Positions 37,271 to 50,034 of a stretch of 64,000 nt of DNA are shown here, in pieces. This stretch comes from Macrostomum lignano (taxonomy: Eukaryota), in NCBI GenBank assembly GCA_002269645.1, contig NIVC01000381.1:62001-126000 (forward strand), read 5' to 3'. Within the stretch, counting starts at the first letter, position 1. Every line of letters begins with the position of its first letter. The position numbers and the translations under genes are program-made. Under the pieces are notes generated by a model. It made no database searches. It was not told the origin of the DNA and was given only the letters and a program-made list of their open reading frames with translations.

Positions 37271-37624
37271 AACGAGGCATCATAGTAATTCCCAGTTGTT
37301 ACCAAGAACATCTCTTATTCAAATAAAAATAAAAGTTGTCGAAAGATCTTTTTGTTATATTTAAATGTTGGCGCTGTAATCTAAAAGCTATTTGGCAAGC
37401 CGCTTCTCAAATATGATGTCATTTATTGTTTTATTCTTTTTCGATCCATCAAATAAATCAACGCATCAATGAGGAGTTTTTGGATTTCAATTGCAGCAGC
37501 AAATTCCCAGCAATAAATCTAACAACAAAATTGCCCATAGTTTTAGCAGACGTTCTCGCTTGTGATTTCTCTTGTTGGATTCTTCCAAACAGAAATCTCC
37601 TGTTGATTCTTTAAAAGAATTGAT

Positions 37625-37925
37625 TCCCCTGTGGATATCCCCAAAACGGGATTCTCTAAAATAGGATTCCCTAGTGGAATTCCAAAAATGGGATTCACTG
37701 GTGTATTCCCCAAAAGTGGATTTTAAAAATTTGATTCCCTGGTGGATTCCCCAAAAAGGGATTCCCTAGTGGATTCAAAAAAATGGATTCCTTAGTGGAT
37801 TCCCCTAAAACGGGATTCCCTAGTGGATTCTCCCAAATGGGATTCCCCAGCAGACTCCTAAAAGGGATTCCCCAGCAGACTCCCAAAAAGGATTCGCTAG
37901 CTGATTCTCCAAAGTAGGATTCCGT
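37625..37925. repeat. Degenerate GGATTCCC-based tandem repeat between TYW1 and PI3K
   Basis: Recurrent GGGATTCCCTAGTGGATTCCCCAAAA-like units. Confidence 0.8.
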
Positions 37926-38051
37926 ATGTAATAGACATACATAGATGTACAGTTTGCATTGATTTTAATGTCTCAAACCCTTCAGCTCGGCGCCACCATC
38001 CGCCGGTAGCCGATCGCTGCTACAGATCGACAGAGACAATCAGCCACAGGG

Positions 38052-41000
38052 ATGTCCGGCGCACTACTAGGCGGCAGCGTGGACGTTGACGTCCTGCTGC
38101 CCTCTGGCTTCCTGCTGGTGCTCACCTGTTCGGCCGATGTGCCGCTGTGCGATTTAAAGAAGCTGGTCTGGTCGGAGGCGCACAAGGCCGGGTATTATTC
38201 GGAATCGCTCGACCAGGATAGTTACGTATTTAGCGGCGTAATTCTGGAGGGTTCCACGGAGGATTTCCTAGAAGAGACGCAACGGTTGAGCCAATTGAGA
38301 TTGTTTATACCAATGCTCAGCCTACGTCAGAGTCACGATATGAAAAGCGACAAAACTAGGGAAGCGTTGGTGTTTCATTCGATCGGCGTGTCCGCCAAGG
38401 ATCTCGGCCGAGTCATGGACGCCGAGGCTACCAGTTTTCGTGGGGCCGCTTTTGCCACCGTGAAAGACGCCTGCCAGCAGACTAGGAATGGCGGCGCCGA
38501 CCAGGTGGGAATGATTAGCGGCGGTTGCTATTCTTGCAGTTTTGTAGGGTTTCCCTTGGGATTTCCCTACTGTGACCCCTTGTTTGGGATTTCTCTACTG
38601 TGACTCCTTGTTTGGAATTTCCCTACTGTGACTCTCCTTGCTTGGGATTTCCCCACTGTGACTCCTTGTTTGGGATTTCCCTACTGAGACTCCTTGTTTG
38701 AGATTTCCCTACTGTGACTCTCCTTGCTTGGGATTTCCCTACTGTGACTCCTTGTTTGGGATTTCCCTACTGAGACTCCTTGTTTGAGATTTCCCTACTG
38801 TGACACTCCTTGCTTGGGATTTCCCTACTGTGACTCTCCTTGCTTGGGATTTCCCTACTGTGACTCTCCTTGCTTGAGATTTCCCTACTGTAACCTTGTT
38901 TGTGGTTTCCCTGTTTTGGGATTTCCCTACTGTGACTCTCCTTATTTAGTATTTCCCTAATGTGAATCTTTTTGTTTGGGATTTCCCTACTGTGAATCCC
39001 CTTGTCGCTATATCCCTGCCGGTAGTCTGAATCTCCTTGTTTAAGATTTCCCTGTTTGGGATTTCCCTACTGTGAATCCCCTTGTTTAGGATTTTCCTAC
39101 TGTGAATCCCCTTGTTTGGGGTTTCCCTCTTGGATTTCCTTACCGGTACTCTGAATCTTCTTGTTTAGGATTTCCCTGTTTAGGATTTCCCTATTTTCAA
39201 GCTACTAAGTTAATAATTATGCTACTGTCTTTTCATTTTCGGAATTCCCGTTTCTTAGAATACGCAATGGTTTGTTTAAATTCCTGTAAATTTCTAACAC
39301 TGAATTGATTATTTATATCAACAGGTGTTCCACTTTCGCACCGGGGCCACTTGCGAGGATACTAGCCCAATTATTCGGCACAAGAGCAGCACCAGCAGTG
39401 CCAGCGCTTCGAACAATTCATCTGACAGATTGTCATTCACCGGCCCCGCCATCAGTCCAAGCAGTATTCACAAGGTGCAGGTATTTCACCGCAGTGGCAA
39501 TCAGACAATGCGATTCACTATTCAGCTGGACCTGGACCACAGCTATCCTTCAACTGTAGTAGAAGAGGTCGCCCGCAAGCCTCAGTCGCGTCAGCAGATT
39601 AATCCCAATCGCTACCTGGTCAAGGTGTGCTGCTGCAATCAGTATTTAACATCGCGGTCGCCTCTCAGTTCGTACGATTATTTCCGGCACTGCTTGGACT
39701 CCAATGTCACTCCCTGTCTCATGCTGGTTGAGAAGGACGCCAGCTTTGACAGCGTCAGCGAGCCCGGCTGCTGCAATTTCTATTCGATGCCAGAATACCT
39801 CAGCAACCTGGCCGCCTCCGATAGGACTTCTACGTCTTCATCGTATGCCATGGTGCGCGAGGATTCGCTGAGTCAGCCCGCCTTGGCCCGGCCTATGGAT
39901 CTGTGGAATTGCGTTAACGAATACTTCACTGTTCATGTGTGTCCCTCTGTTGGCTGCCGCTCTGTCTGCTACGGCTCTGTGTCCCCTCTCTCGCCCTTGC
40001 CCTCCCACTCTCCCTCTTCTTTTCTCCCCTCTCCCTCTCAGTCTCCCTGTCTCCCTCTTCTCATCTCCCTCTCCTCCTCCTCATCTCCCTCTCCTCCTCT
40101 CCCTCTCCCCATCTCCCTCTCCTCATCTCCCTCTCCCCATCTCCCTCTCCTCATCTCCCTCTCCTCTCCCCATCTCCCTCTCGCCATCTCCCTCTCCCCA
40201 TCTTCCTATCCTCCTCTCCCCATCTCTCCCTCTTCCCATCTCCCTCTCCCCATCTCCCTCTCCTCATCTCCCTCTCCTCATATCCCTATCGTCCTCTCCC
40301 CATCTCTCCCTCTCCCCATCTCCCTCTCCTCTCCCCATCTCCCTTCCCCATCTCCCTCTCCCCATCTCCCTTTCCCCATCTCCCTCTCCCTATCTCCCCT
40401 CTCCCCATCTCCCTCTCCTCATCTCCCTCTCCTCTCCCCATCTCCCTTTCTCCCTCTCCTCTCCCCATCTCCCTCTCCCCATCTCCCTCTCCTCATCTCC
40501 CTCTCCTCTCCCCATCTCCTTTCCCCATCTCCCTCTCCCTATCTCCCCTCTCTCCATCTACCTCTCCCTCTCGGTTTCTTCTGCCTCCCGTCACCCACTC
40601 ATTCCCTTATTTCCCTTATATACATGTTAAATCGCCGTATCTATGCTTCAGGTATTTCAGCTCACTGTCTGACCTTCATTTCTCCTCCCCCCAGGTAACC
40701 AGCGTCCAAGTGTCCGACCCCCCAACGGTCAGCTGTACCTGAGAGCCGGCATCTACTGCGGCAGCGCCCCGCTGTGCGGCAATCTAACCACTAGAGCTAT
40801 GCGCAGTTGCAATGCTGAGAGCATTAGCGAGCCACTGATGTTCGACGTATTAGTATCGAATTTGCCAATATACGCCAGGCTGTGCTTAGCCCTGTGCTAT
40901 GTTGTCCGGCGTCACACGACTGACGAGCACAACTGTCTAGGCTGGAGCAACGTTAACATATTTGCCTACGATGGCAAATTGCGTAGCGGACCGATTCAAA

Positions 41001-44000
41001 TGCGATTCTGGACTGAAGAGTTTCTTGGCGGAGTTGGCCAGCAATCCTCGGCTGGGGCTGTTGACTTTCTTAAACCGTTGGGCACCACGTTTGGTAGTAA
41101 TCAGAGCGACGCTCCGGTGGCTGAGGTGAGCCCGCCTCCGCTGCTGCTGCTGCTGCGTTATTGGGGCTTAGGAGGCTGCGGAGCGCCTAGGGTAGACATG
41201 GGGATAGAGCGTGGACAAGGGGAGAGAGGGTAGATAAAGGGAGAGAGGGTAGATAAATGGAGAGAGGGTAGATAAAGGGAGAGAGGGTAGATAAAGGGAG
41301 AGAGGGTAGATAAAGGGAGAGAGGGTAGATAAAGGGAGAGAGGGTAGATAAAGGGAGAGAGGGTAGATAAAGGGACAGAGGGTAGATAAAGGGAGAGAGG
41401 GTACATAAAGGGAGAGAGGGTAGATAAAGGGAGAGAGGGTAGATAAAGGGAGAGAGGGTAGATAAAGGGAGAGAGGGTAGATAAATGGAGAGAGGGTAGA
41501 TAAAGGGAGAGAGGGTAGATAAAGGGAGAGAGGGTAGATAAAGGGAGAGAGGGTAGAAAAAGGGAGAGAGGGTAGATAAAGGGAGAGAGGGTAGATAAAG
41601 GGAGAGAGGGTAGATAAAGGGACAGAGGGTACATAAAGGGAGAGAGGGTAGATAAAGGGAGAGAGGGTACATAAAGGGAGAGAGGGTAGATAAAGGGAGA
41701 GAGGGTAGATAAAGGGAGAGAGGGTAGATAAAGGGAGAGAGGGTAGATAAAGGGAGAGAGGGTAGATAAAGGGAGAGAGGGTAGATAAAGGGAGAGAGGA
41801 TAGATAAAGGAAGAGAGGGTAGATAAAGGGAGAGAGAGGGTAGATAAAGGGAGAGAGAGTAGATAAAGGGAGAGAGAGGGTAGATAAAGAGAGAGAGGGT
41901 AGATAAAGGAAGAGAGGGTAGATAAAGGGAGAGAGGGTAGATAAAGGGAGAGAGGGTAGGCAAAGGGAGAGAGGTTAGGCAAGGGGAGAGGGTAGGCAAG
42001 GGGAGAGGTAGGCAAGGGGAGAGGTAGGCAAGGGGAGAGGGTAGGCAAGGGGAGAGGGTAGGCAAGGGGAGAGGGTAGGCAAGGGGAGAGGTAGGCAAGG
42101 GGAGAGTTAGGCAAGAGCGGTTACACAGGGGAGAAGGTGGTGAATGAGGATCAGAAACCAACATTCTCAGAGTAAGCAATCCAACACTTTGCCAATTCCC
42201 AACACCCAATGCCCTACGCAGGTGATGTTCCCCGAGTCCCGGCTGTGCTTCCCCGACAAGGACAGCCTGAACTCTATGCTGCAGCAGTCGCCATTGACTC
42301 CGTCAAGCAATCGACCCGGCTGGGATGTGATCCCGCCTAATAAAGAGGAGCAGCTGCAGGACCAGCTGAAATCCATTCTCAATCGAGACTGTCTGAGCGA
42401 ACTGACAGATTCAGAGCGCGATTTAGTTTGGTATTATCGGCAGGACTGCTGCGCCAGGCACCCGGCCTCGCTGCCAGTGCTGGCTAGCGCTGTTAACTGG
42501 GCCAATCGGCATGACGTATTGAAGTTCTATTACCTGTTGGAGCAGTGGAAGCGACCGTTGCCATTGCACACTAGTCTGCAATTGTTGGGCCCGAAGTTTA
42601 TGGATCCTCGGCTGAGATCGTTGGCCGTTGAGTCTTTGGATCAGTCGCTTACTGATAAATTGTTTCGCAGGCTGTTGCTGCAGTTGGTTCAGTGCTTGAA
42701 GTTTGAACCGTTTCTTAGCAATAGATTGACTCACTTTCTGTTGAGATGGTCGCTGAGGAGCGTCCGGTGAGTTTTTTGCCACTTTGGTACCTGTCTTGGG
42801 GTATTTTTGGTGAGGGTACCTGTCTTAGGGTATTTTTGGTGGGGGTACCTGTCTTGGGGTATTTTTGATGGGGGTACCTGTCTTAGGGTATTTTTGGTGT
42901 GGGTACCTGTCTTATGTTATTTTTGGTGGGGGTACCTGTCTTAGGGTATTTTGGTTGGGGTACCTGTTTTGGGGTATTTTTGGTGTGGGTACCTGTTTTG
43001 GGGTAATTTGGTTGAGGTACCTTTCTTTGGGGTATTGTTGGTTGAGGTACCTGTCTTAGAGTTTTTTAGTTGAGGTACCTGTTTTGGGGTATTTTGGTTG
43101 AGGTACCTGTCTTGGGGTTTTTTGGTTGAGGTACCTGTCTTGGGGTTTTTTGGTTGAGGTACCTGTCTTGGGGGTATTTTGGCTGAGGTACCTGTCTTGG
43201 GGTATTTTTGGTTGCGGTACCTGTCAACTATTTCCTGACCTACTCTTACTCGTAGATCTGGAGTTCGATTTTTCTGGTACCTCTGGTCGGAGATCCATCA
43301 GCAGCAGCTGCGACTTCGGTTCACTCTGATCCTGGAGGCCTTCTGCCGCGGGTTCGGCCCCGGCCTGAACCTGCTGTCTCGCCAGCGGGACGCCATCGAC
43401 AAGCTGGTGACCATGGCCAACACGCTGCGTAGCGAGCGGGATGACCAGCAACAGAAGGTCTTCCAGGCTATGCTGCAGACTCAGGAGCTGGTCAACGATA
43501 TCAGCATGTTCACCTCGCCGCTAGAGCCTTCCGAGGAGCTGGGAATGCTCAAGGTCAGTTGCTGGGCCGGCCTCTCAGATCCTCAGATGCTGGGCCAGCC
43601 TCTCAGATCCTCAGTTGCTGGGCCGGCCTCCCAGATCCTCAGTTGCTGGGCCAGCCTCTCAGATCCTCAGTTGCTGGGCCCGCCCCCAGAGTGTCAGTTG
43701 CTGGGCCAGCCTCCCAGATCCTCAGTTGCTGGGCCAGCCTCTCAGATCCTCAGTTGCTGGGCCAGCCTCTCAGATCCTCAGTTGCTGGGCCAGCCTCTTA
43801 GATCCTCAGTTGCTGGGCCAGCTTCTCAGATCCTCAGTTGCTAGGCCAACCTCCCAGATCCTTAGTTGCTGGGCCAGCCTCTCAGATCCTCAGTTGCTGG
43901 GCCAGCCTCTCAGATCCTCAGTTTCTGGGCCAGCCTCTCAGATCCTCAGTTGCTGGGCCAGCCTCTCAGATCCTCAGTTTCTGGGCCAGCCTCTCAGATC

Positions 44001-46124
44001 CTCAGTTGCTGGGCCAGCCTCTCAAATCCTCAGTTGCTAGGCCAGCCTCCCAGATCCTCAGTTGCTGGGCCAGCCTCCCAGATGCTCAGTTGCTGGGCCA
44101 GCTTCTCAGATCCTCAGTTGCTAGGCCAGCCTCCCAGATCCTTAGTTGCTGGGCCAGCCTCTCAGATCCTCAGTTGCTGGGCCAGCCTCTCAGATCCTCA
44201 GTTGCTGGGCCAGCCTCTCAGATCCTCAGTTGCTGGGCCAGCCTCTCAGATCCTCAGTTGCTGGGCCAGCCTCTCAAATCCTCAGTTGCTGGGCCTGCCT
44301 CCCAGATCCTCAGTTGCTGGGCCAGCCTCTCAGATCCTCAGTTGCTGGGCCAGCCTCTCAGATCCTCAGTTGCTGGGCCAGCCTCTCAGATCCTCAGTTT
44401 CTGGGCCAGCCTCTCAGATCCTCAGTTGCTGGGCCAGCCTCTCAAATCCTCAGTTGCTAGGCCAGCCTCCCAGATCCTCAGTTGCTGGGCCAGCCTCCCA
44501 GATGCTCAGTTGCTGGGCCAGCTTCTCAGATCCTCAGTTGCTAGGCCAGCCTCCCAGATCCTTAGTTGCTGGGCCAGCCTCTCAGATCCTCAGTTGCTGG
44601 GCCAGCCTCTCAGATCCTCAGTTGCTGGGCCAGCCTCTCAAATCCTCAGTTGCTAGGCCAGCCTCCCAGATCCTCAGTTGCTGGGCCAGCCTCCCAGATT
44701 CCCTACAAACCCTAAGTTCACCTGCACCCGAACTCCCCCAGCCTGAACGCTGCAAGATCAAGAAGTCCAAGAAGCGGCCACTGTGGCTGGAGTGGGTCAA
44801 CCCGGACCCCATGGCGTCTCAGCACCTCACCGACTACAAGTTGATCTTCAAATACGGCGACGATCTTAGGCAGGACATGCTCACGCTGCAGCTCATCGCC
44901 CTGATGGAGGACGTCTGGAGGCAGGAGCTGGGCTTCAGTCTGAGAATGTCGCCATATAACTGCTTGGCTACAGGCAGGCATATGGGACTGATCGAGGTGA
45001 GACAAATTTTATGGATATTAACGTGCTTGGGGAATTTCTCAACTGAATGATTTTAGAATTTCTCGAATGGGATAATTTTGGGATTTCTCGAATGGGATAA
45101 TTTTGGGATTTCTCAAATGGGATAATTTTATGATTTCTCGAATGGGATAATTTTGGTATTTCTCGAATGGGATAATTTTATGATTTCTCGAATGAGATAA
45201 TTTTGAGATTTCTTGAATGGGATAATTTTAGGATTTCTCGAATGGGATAATTTTGGGATTTCTCAAATGGGATAATTTTATGATTTCTCGAAAGGGATAA
45301 TTTGGTATTTCTTAACTGAGTTACTTTATCTGTGTCATTGTCTGTTATCTAGATAGAAAGATATTGCGGCCGCTGTTCCTAAATTCTAATCATCAATAAG
45401 TGCAATGGTACAATTGGCGCCACCATCCCCCCCCCCGCCGCCGCCGCAGGTGGTCCGAGACGCCTACACGGTGATGGGCATACAGAAGGAGCGAACCCGT
45501 GTGGCCGCCATGCAGATGGACAGCTCGCAGCTGTACAAATGGCTGCTAGAACAGAATGCAGACTCCAGCACGCACGAGACAGTTGTTGACACGTTTACCA
45601 AGTCGTGCGCGGGCTACTGCGTGGCCACCTTTGTGCTTGGGATTAGAGATCGGCATCCGGACAATATCATGCTGTGCCGCACCGGACAGCTGCTGCACAT
45701 CGACTTCGGCCACTTTCTCAATAATAAGAAGAAGAAATTCGGCATTGCGAGGGAGAGGGTGCCGTTTGTACTGCCGCAGGTGAGGCCTTGATTGAGACGG
45801 GTGTGATTGAGACTAAGATAAATTGATGGATAGACAGATAGACAGACGACAGACAGACAGACAGACACAAACACAGAAGACAGACAGGCAGACAGACAGA
45901 CACAAACACAGAAGACAGACAGGCAGGCAGACAGACAGACACAAACACAGAAGACAGACAGGCAGGCAGACAGACAGACACAAACACAGAAGACAGACAG
46001 GCAGGCAGACAGACAGACAGACAGGCAGGCAGACAGACAGACAGACAGGCAGACAGACAGACAGACAGACACAAACACAGAAGACAGACAGGCAGGCAGA
46101 CAGACAGACAGACACAAACACAGA

Positions 46125-46177
<53 letters not shown>

Positions 46178-46255
46178 GGCAGACAGACAGACAGGCAGGC
46201 AGACAGACAGACAGACAGGCAGACAGACAGACAGACAGACAGACACAAACACAGA

Positions 46256-46288
<33 letters not shown>

Positions 46289-46802
46289 GGCAGACAGACA
46301 GACAGGCAGGCAGACAGACAGACAGACAGGCAGACAGACAGACAGACAGACACAAACACAGAAGACAGACAGGCAGACAGACAGACACAAACACAGAAGA
46401 CAGACAGACAGACAGACATAGGCGGCGATCCCATCAGCACCCCGTCATCCCGCGCAGGACTTCGTCCGCATCATCTGCCGGGACAAGGACGGCTCCATGA
46501 CGTGGCGCGAGCTGACTTCTCGGCGCGAGTTCACACAGTTCGCCACTCTGTGCAGCCGAGCCTACCAGGCGCTGCGCCAGAACGCGGCCCTGTTTCTCAC
46601 CCTATTCACCCTGATGCTGCACTCGGGCATCCCGGAGCTGCAGTCGCCTCAAGATTTGGAGTATCTGAGGTCCACTCTGGCGCTGGACCGCAGGGAGTCG
46701 GACGCACTGATCTACTTCAATAAACAGCTCACTGAGGCGTTGCAGAATGCTTGGACCACAAAAATTGACTGGGTTGGTCACTGGGTTGTAAATACAGAGT
46801 GA
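38052..46802 (+). CDS. PIK3CA-like: Class I phosphoinositide 3-kinase catalytic subunit p110, ~1089 aa; exons 38052-38504, 39325-39936, 40695-41125, 42222-42766, 43256-43553, 44742-44996, 45450-45779, 46458-46802 (one apparent -1 frameshift at ~40720)
   Basis: Adaptor-binding domain ([10 protein letters not shown]...LKKLVWSEA), RBD, C2 ([15 protein letters not shown]...LPIYARLCL), helical domain, kinase motifs [50 protein letters not shown]. The alpha/beta/delta subtype cannot be assigned. Confidence 0.93.
38545..39195. repeat. 28-30-bp minisatellite in PI3K intron 1 (CTCCTTGTTTGGGATTTCCCTACTGTGA)
   Basis: Tandem periodicity. Confidence 0.9.
39965..40620. repeat. CT-rich repeat (CTCCCTCTCCCCAT-like) in PI3K intron 2
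   Basis: Low-complexity tandem units. Confidence 0.9.
41215..42115. repeat. 19-bp (GGGAGAGAGGGTAGATAAA) then ~17-bp (GGGGAGAGGGTAGGCAA) arrays in PI3K intron 3
   Basis: Tandem periodicity, with the unit switching near 41960. Confidence 0.95.
42785..43225. repeat. ~28-29-bp minisatellite in PI3K intron 4 (GGTACCTGTCTTGGGGTATTTTTGGT core)
   Basis: Tandem periodicity. Confidence 0.9.
43555..44700. repeat. 28-bp minisatellite filling PI3K intron 5 (GCTGGGCCAGCCTCTCAGATCCTCAGTT)
   Basis: About 40 tandem copies. Confidence 0.95.
45035..45310. repeat. 25-bp minisatellite in PI3K intron 6 (TTCTCGAATGGGATAATTTTGGGAT)
   Basis: Tandem periodicity. Confidence 0.9.
45830..46420. repeat. (GACA)n-based compound microsatellite in PI3K intron 7
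   Basis: GACA/GGCA/CACAAACACAGAA units. Confidence 0.95.
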
Positions 46803-48803
46803 TTGACAGTAACTTTTCAACTTTTCACTTTTGATAAAAGTGTGTGTCATTTATTGCTGTCCTATTCAATATGACATGGATGTCTAAGAGCTCAACATAC
46901 ATATCCTATATGATGGTAAGTAGCCTAGTGCTTATGAATATATTATGAGTAAATTCTTGATCTGCTCACACTAAAATGTACGCTCATTAAAGCAAAATTG
47001 TGGTGTCTCTTGTTTTTTGTTTTGCCATATCCTCAATATTAATCTTATATAGATAGATTTATCACAGATAAATGCACATCTCTGATGTGTTTATTCGTAT
47101 ATACAATAATGTTTTTGTTGCGCAATTAAAACAAATTGTAAATAAATACGCGTATTGTTTTGTCGACTAATCAATCTGTAAAAAAATACCATCGCTCAAG
47201 TTAATTTATCAAATAAATTTTAGTCGATTTCACACACTTATTTTCTGAAACATTCAAGCAATGAAAAATTACCAGTTACTTAGTAGTAACAATATTCCTA
47301 ATATCAAAGAGTTTAATATAATAAAATTTGCACACCACTTCAAATTCGTATGAACGCAAGCAATGGCCAAAAATTGGTTTCATGAATTTCAAGCATCTTG
47401 GATTTAAAAATAAACGTACTTAAAATCAAATTTCCTATCTGGGCAGTTGACTTCATATAAGATCATCCGTATATATAGTCTGTAATTTTAGTATATGGAG
47501 ATAATCATTTCATTTTTAGTGACAGGTTCTATACAAATTGCTCTACTGTATCGATCTACTATACTCTACTGATTATATCCATATACTAAAATAAACCAGG
47601 ACTTTTGAAGCCGTAAATTACCAAAGTTAAAACAAAGTGTTTTACATAGAATTTCGCTTATTGCACTATGAAATATTTCCTTCACTTGAAAACGTGTAAA
47701 AATGTTTTTTTTTTATTTTTTATATAGTAAAACTTAAAATAAATACTATATATTTAGCTTTACATAACACTTTCAACAAGGGCCTCTTTCTTCATTTTCA
47801 AGCACGAGGCGATCGTTCATCGGTGTTATGTATGTACATTTCTGACTTGAATAAATTTGATTTATATAATGCAGGTCGAGAAGTTAAGAAGTAACCAATC
47901 ATTCGAAGACATATTTAAAGTTTGTTCAACTAAAATTTCTCTTTAAATCAATTGAGTTCTAATTTATCAAATTATTAGCTACCTATGATTTGAGTATTTG
48001 AAATTCGATTTGAAATATTTGATTCGAAAAAATGAAACACTTAATTAATTCTTTTTTTTGTTAGAATCTTTTGATTTAGCCTCTTAATCATTAAGGAAGA
48101 CTTTCTATTAATTGTTTTTCTATGCTATCCGCGAATAAAAAACTCCAGTTTCCAAATTTATAAAGCAGTTAGTACTGTTTTCTTTAGCCTGCAGGCTTTA
48201 TCAAATGTTGACAATTTAACAGTCTTTTATAATTATATATTGATATATAATGATGGTATAATGATATCTAATGATAATGATAATTATGATATATAATGAT
48301 ATTTATAATGAAAGTGTCATAGGTTTAAAGTCACTCAATTTTAATATCAGTTTCAATGGGGAGATTTAAACTTCTCTAAATTAATTCCTACTTTAGACAA
48401 AAATCTGATGTGTCAAGTTTACAGGTCAAATCTTTCAGCTTTACTTCATCAAATATAATTTAACATTAACAATGAGGGATACCATCTTATAAATAGATAA
48501 TTTTCTGTTAAAAATGCCAAATCCTTAGCATGCAAATCTGAGACTAGATGTCCTTCCAGTGTGCTAAAAAATATCCTATTGTATAAGATGTGTTCAGACA
48601 AGTAGAAGAAGGTAATTGTTTTATATATTTTAAGCCACTAAAAGTGACAAAATTATTGTATAAAACCAAATTATTTACTATATGATTTATTGCAAAATCT
48701 AATCATTTAACATTCCAAGTTACTCTGAGATTTAACAAAAATGTTACATTGCAAGCTACTCTAATAATTGAGAAGTTCCAGCGCCCGTCACCGCTAGCAG
48801 ACG

Positions 48804-49376
48804 ATGAACAACAACCGCGGGCGCAAATCGCTGAGCATCCGCGAAGGCCAATTCCACCCTCCGCCGCATTTCACTCTGCTGCCAAGCGCCAGTCTTGGCG
48901 CCAGTCTGGGCGCCGCTGGAGTCGGCGCAACATCCTCGGCGCCGCAACGTTTCGGCGGAGCAGCGACTCGACAGCAGCAGGCTGCCGCCATGATTTCGCC
49001 GGCCGATTTCGTGGCCCGTCAGGATCGCAGCCGCTCCTTCACTGGCGACTTGCAGCAGCAGCAGCAGCAGCCGTACTACCAGCAAGGCCGGGCGCCAATA
49101 CGCGGCGTCTCCTCTCGGCCGTTGTCGAATCAGACTGCCCGAAACGGCGCCGCAGCTGCGGCCGCCTCAGCCGAAGGCTCCGCTGGCGAGCGAGTGATCT
49201 ACCGCAGCCCAGAGGAAAGGGCGGCAAACCCAGACCGGCTATCACTAGACAGGTACTACTATTACTAATATTAGTATTGTTACTATTGTTTTAAAGTTTG
49301 TTGGCCAGATAGTGAGTTGGATAGTTTGTTTGTTTGTTTGTTTGTTTGCTTGTTTGATTGTTTTTTTGTTTTTTTT

Positions 49377-49425
<49 letters not shown>

Positions 49426-49467
49426 CTAGTTAGTTAGTCAGTTAGTTAGTTAGTTAGTTAGTTAGTG

Positions 49468-49506
<39 letters not shown>

Positions 49507-49507
49507 C

Positions 49508-49570
<63 letters not shown>

Positions 49571-49571
49571 C

Positions 49572-49618
<47 letters not shown>

Positions 49619-49649
49619 CAGTTAGTTAGTTAGTTAGTTAGTTAGTTAA

Positions 49650-49686
<37 letters not shown>

Positions 49687-49687
49687 C

Positions 49688-49750
<63 letters not shown>

Positions 49751-49751
49751 C

Positions 49752-49802
<51 letters not shown>

Positions 49803-49803
49803 C

Positions 49804-49854
<51 letters not shown>

Positions 49855-49855
49855 C

Positions 49856-49890
<35 letters not shown>

Positions 49891-49946
49891 CAGTTAGTTA
49901 GTTAGTTAGTTAGTCAGTTAGTTAGTTAGTTAGTTAGTCAGTTAGG

Positions 49947-49994
<48 letters not shown>

Positions 49995-49995
49995 C

Positions 49996-50034
<39 letters not shown>

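Noticed and set aside
45630-45670. PI3K catalytic loop GIRDRHPDN instead of GIGDRH(N/S)xN
   Set aside because: DRH, DFG and the ATP-binding lysine are intact, and a basic residue at this position occurs in other invertebrate class I PI3Ks (C. elegans AGE-1 GIKDRH, from memory). This is not evidence of a pseudokinase.
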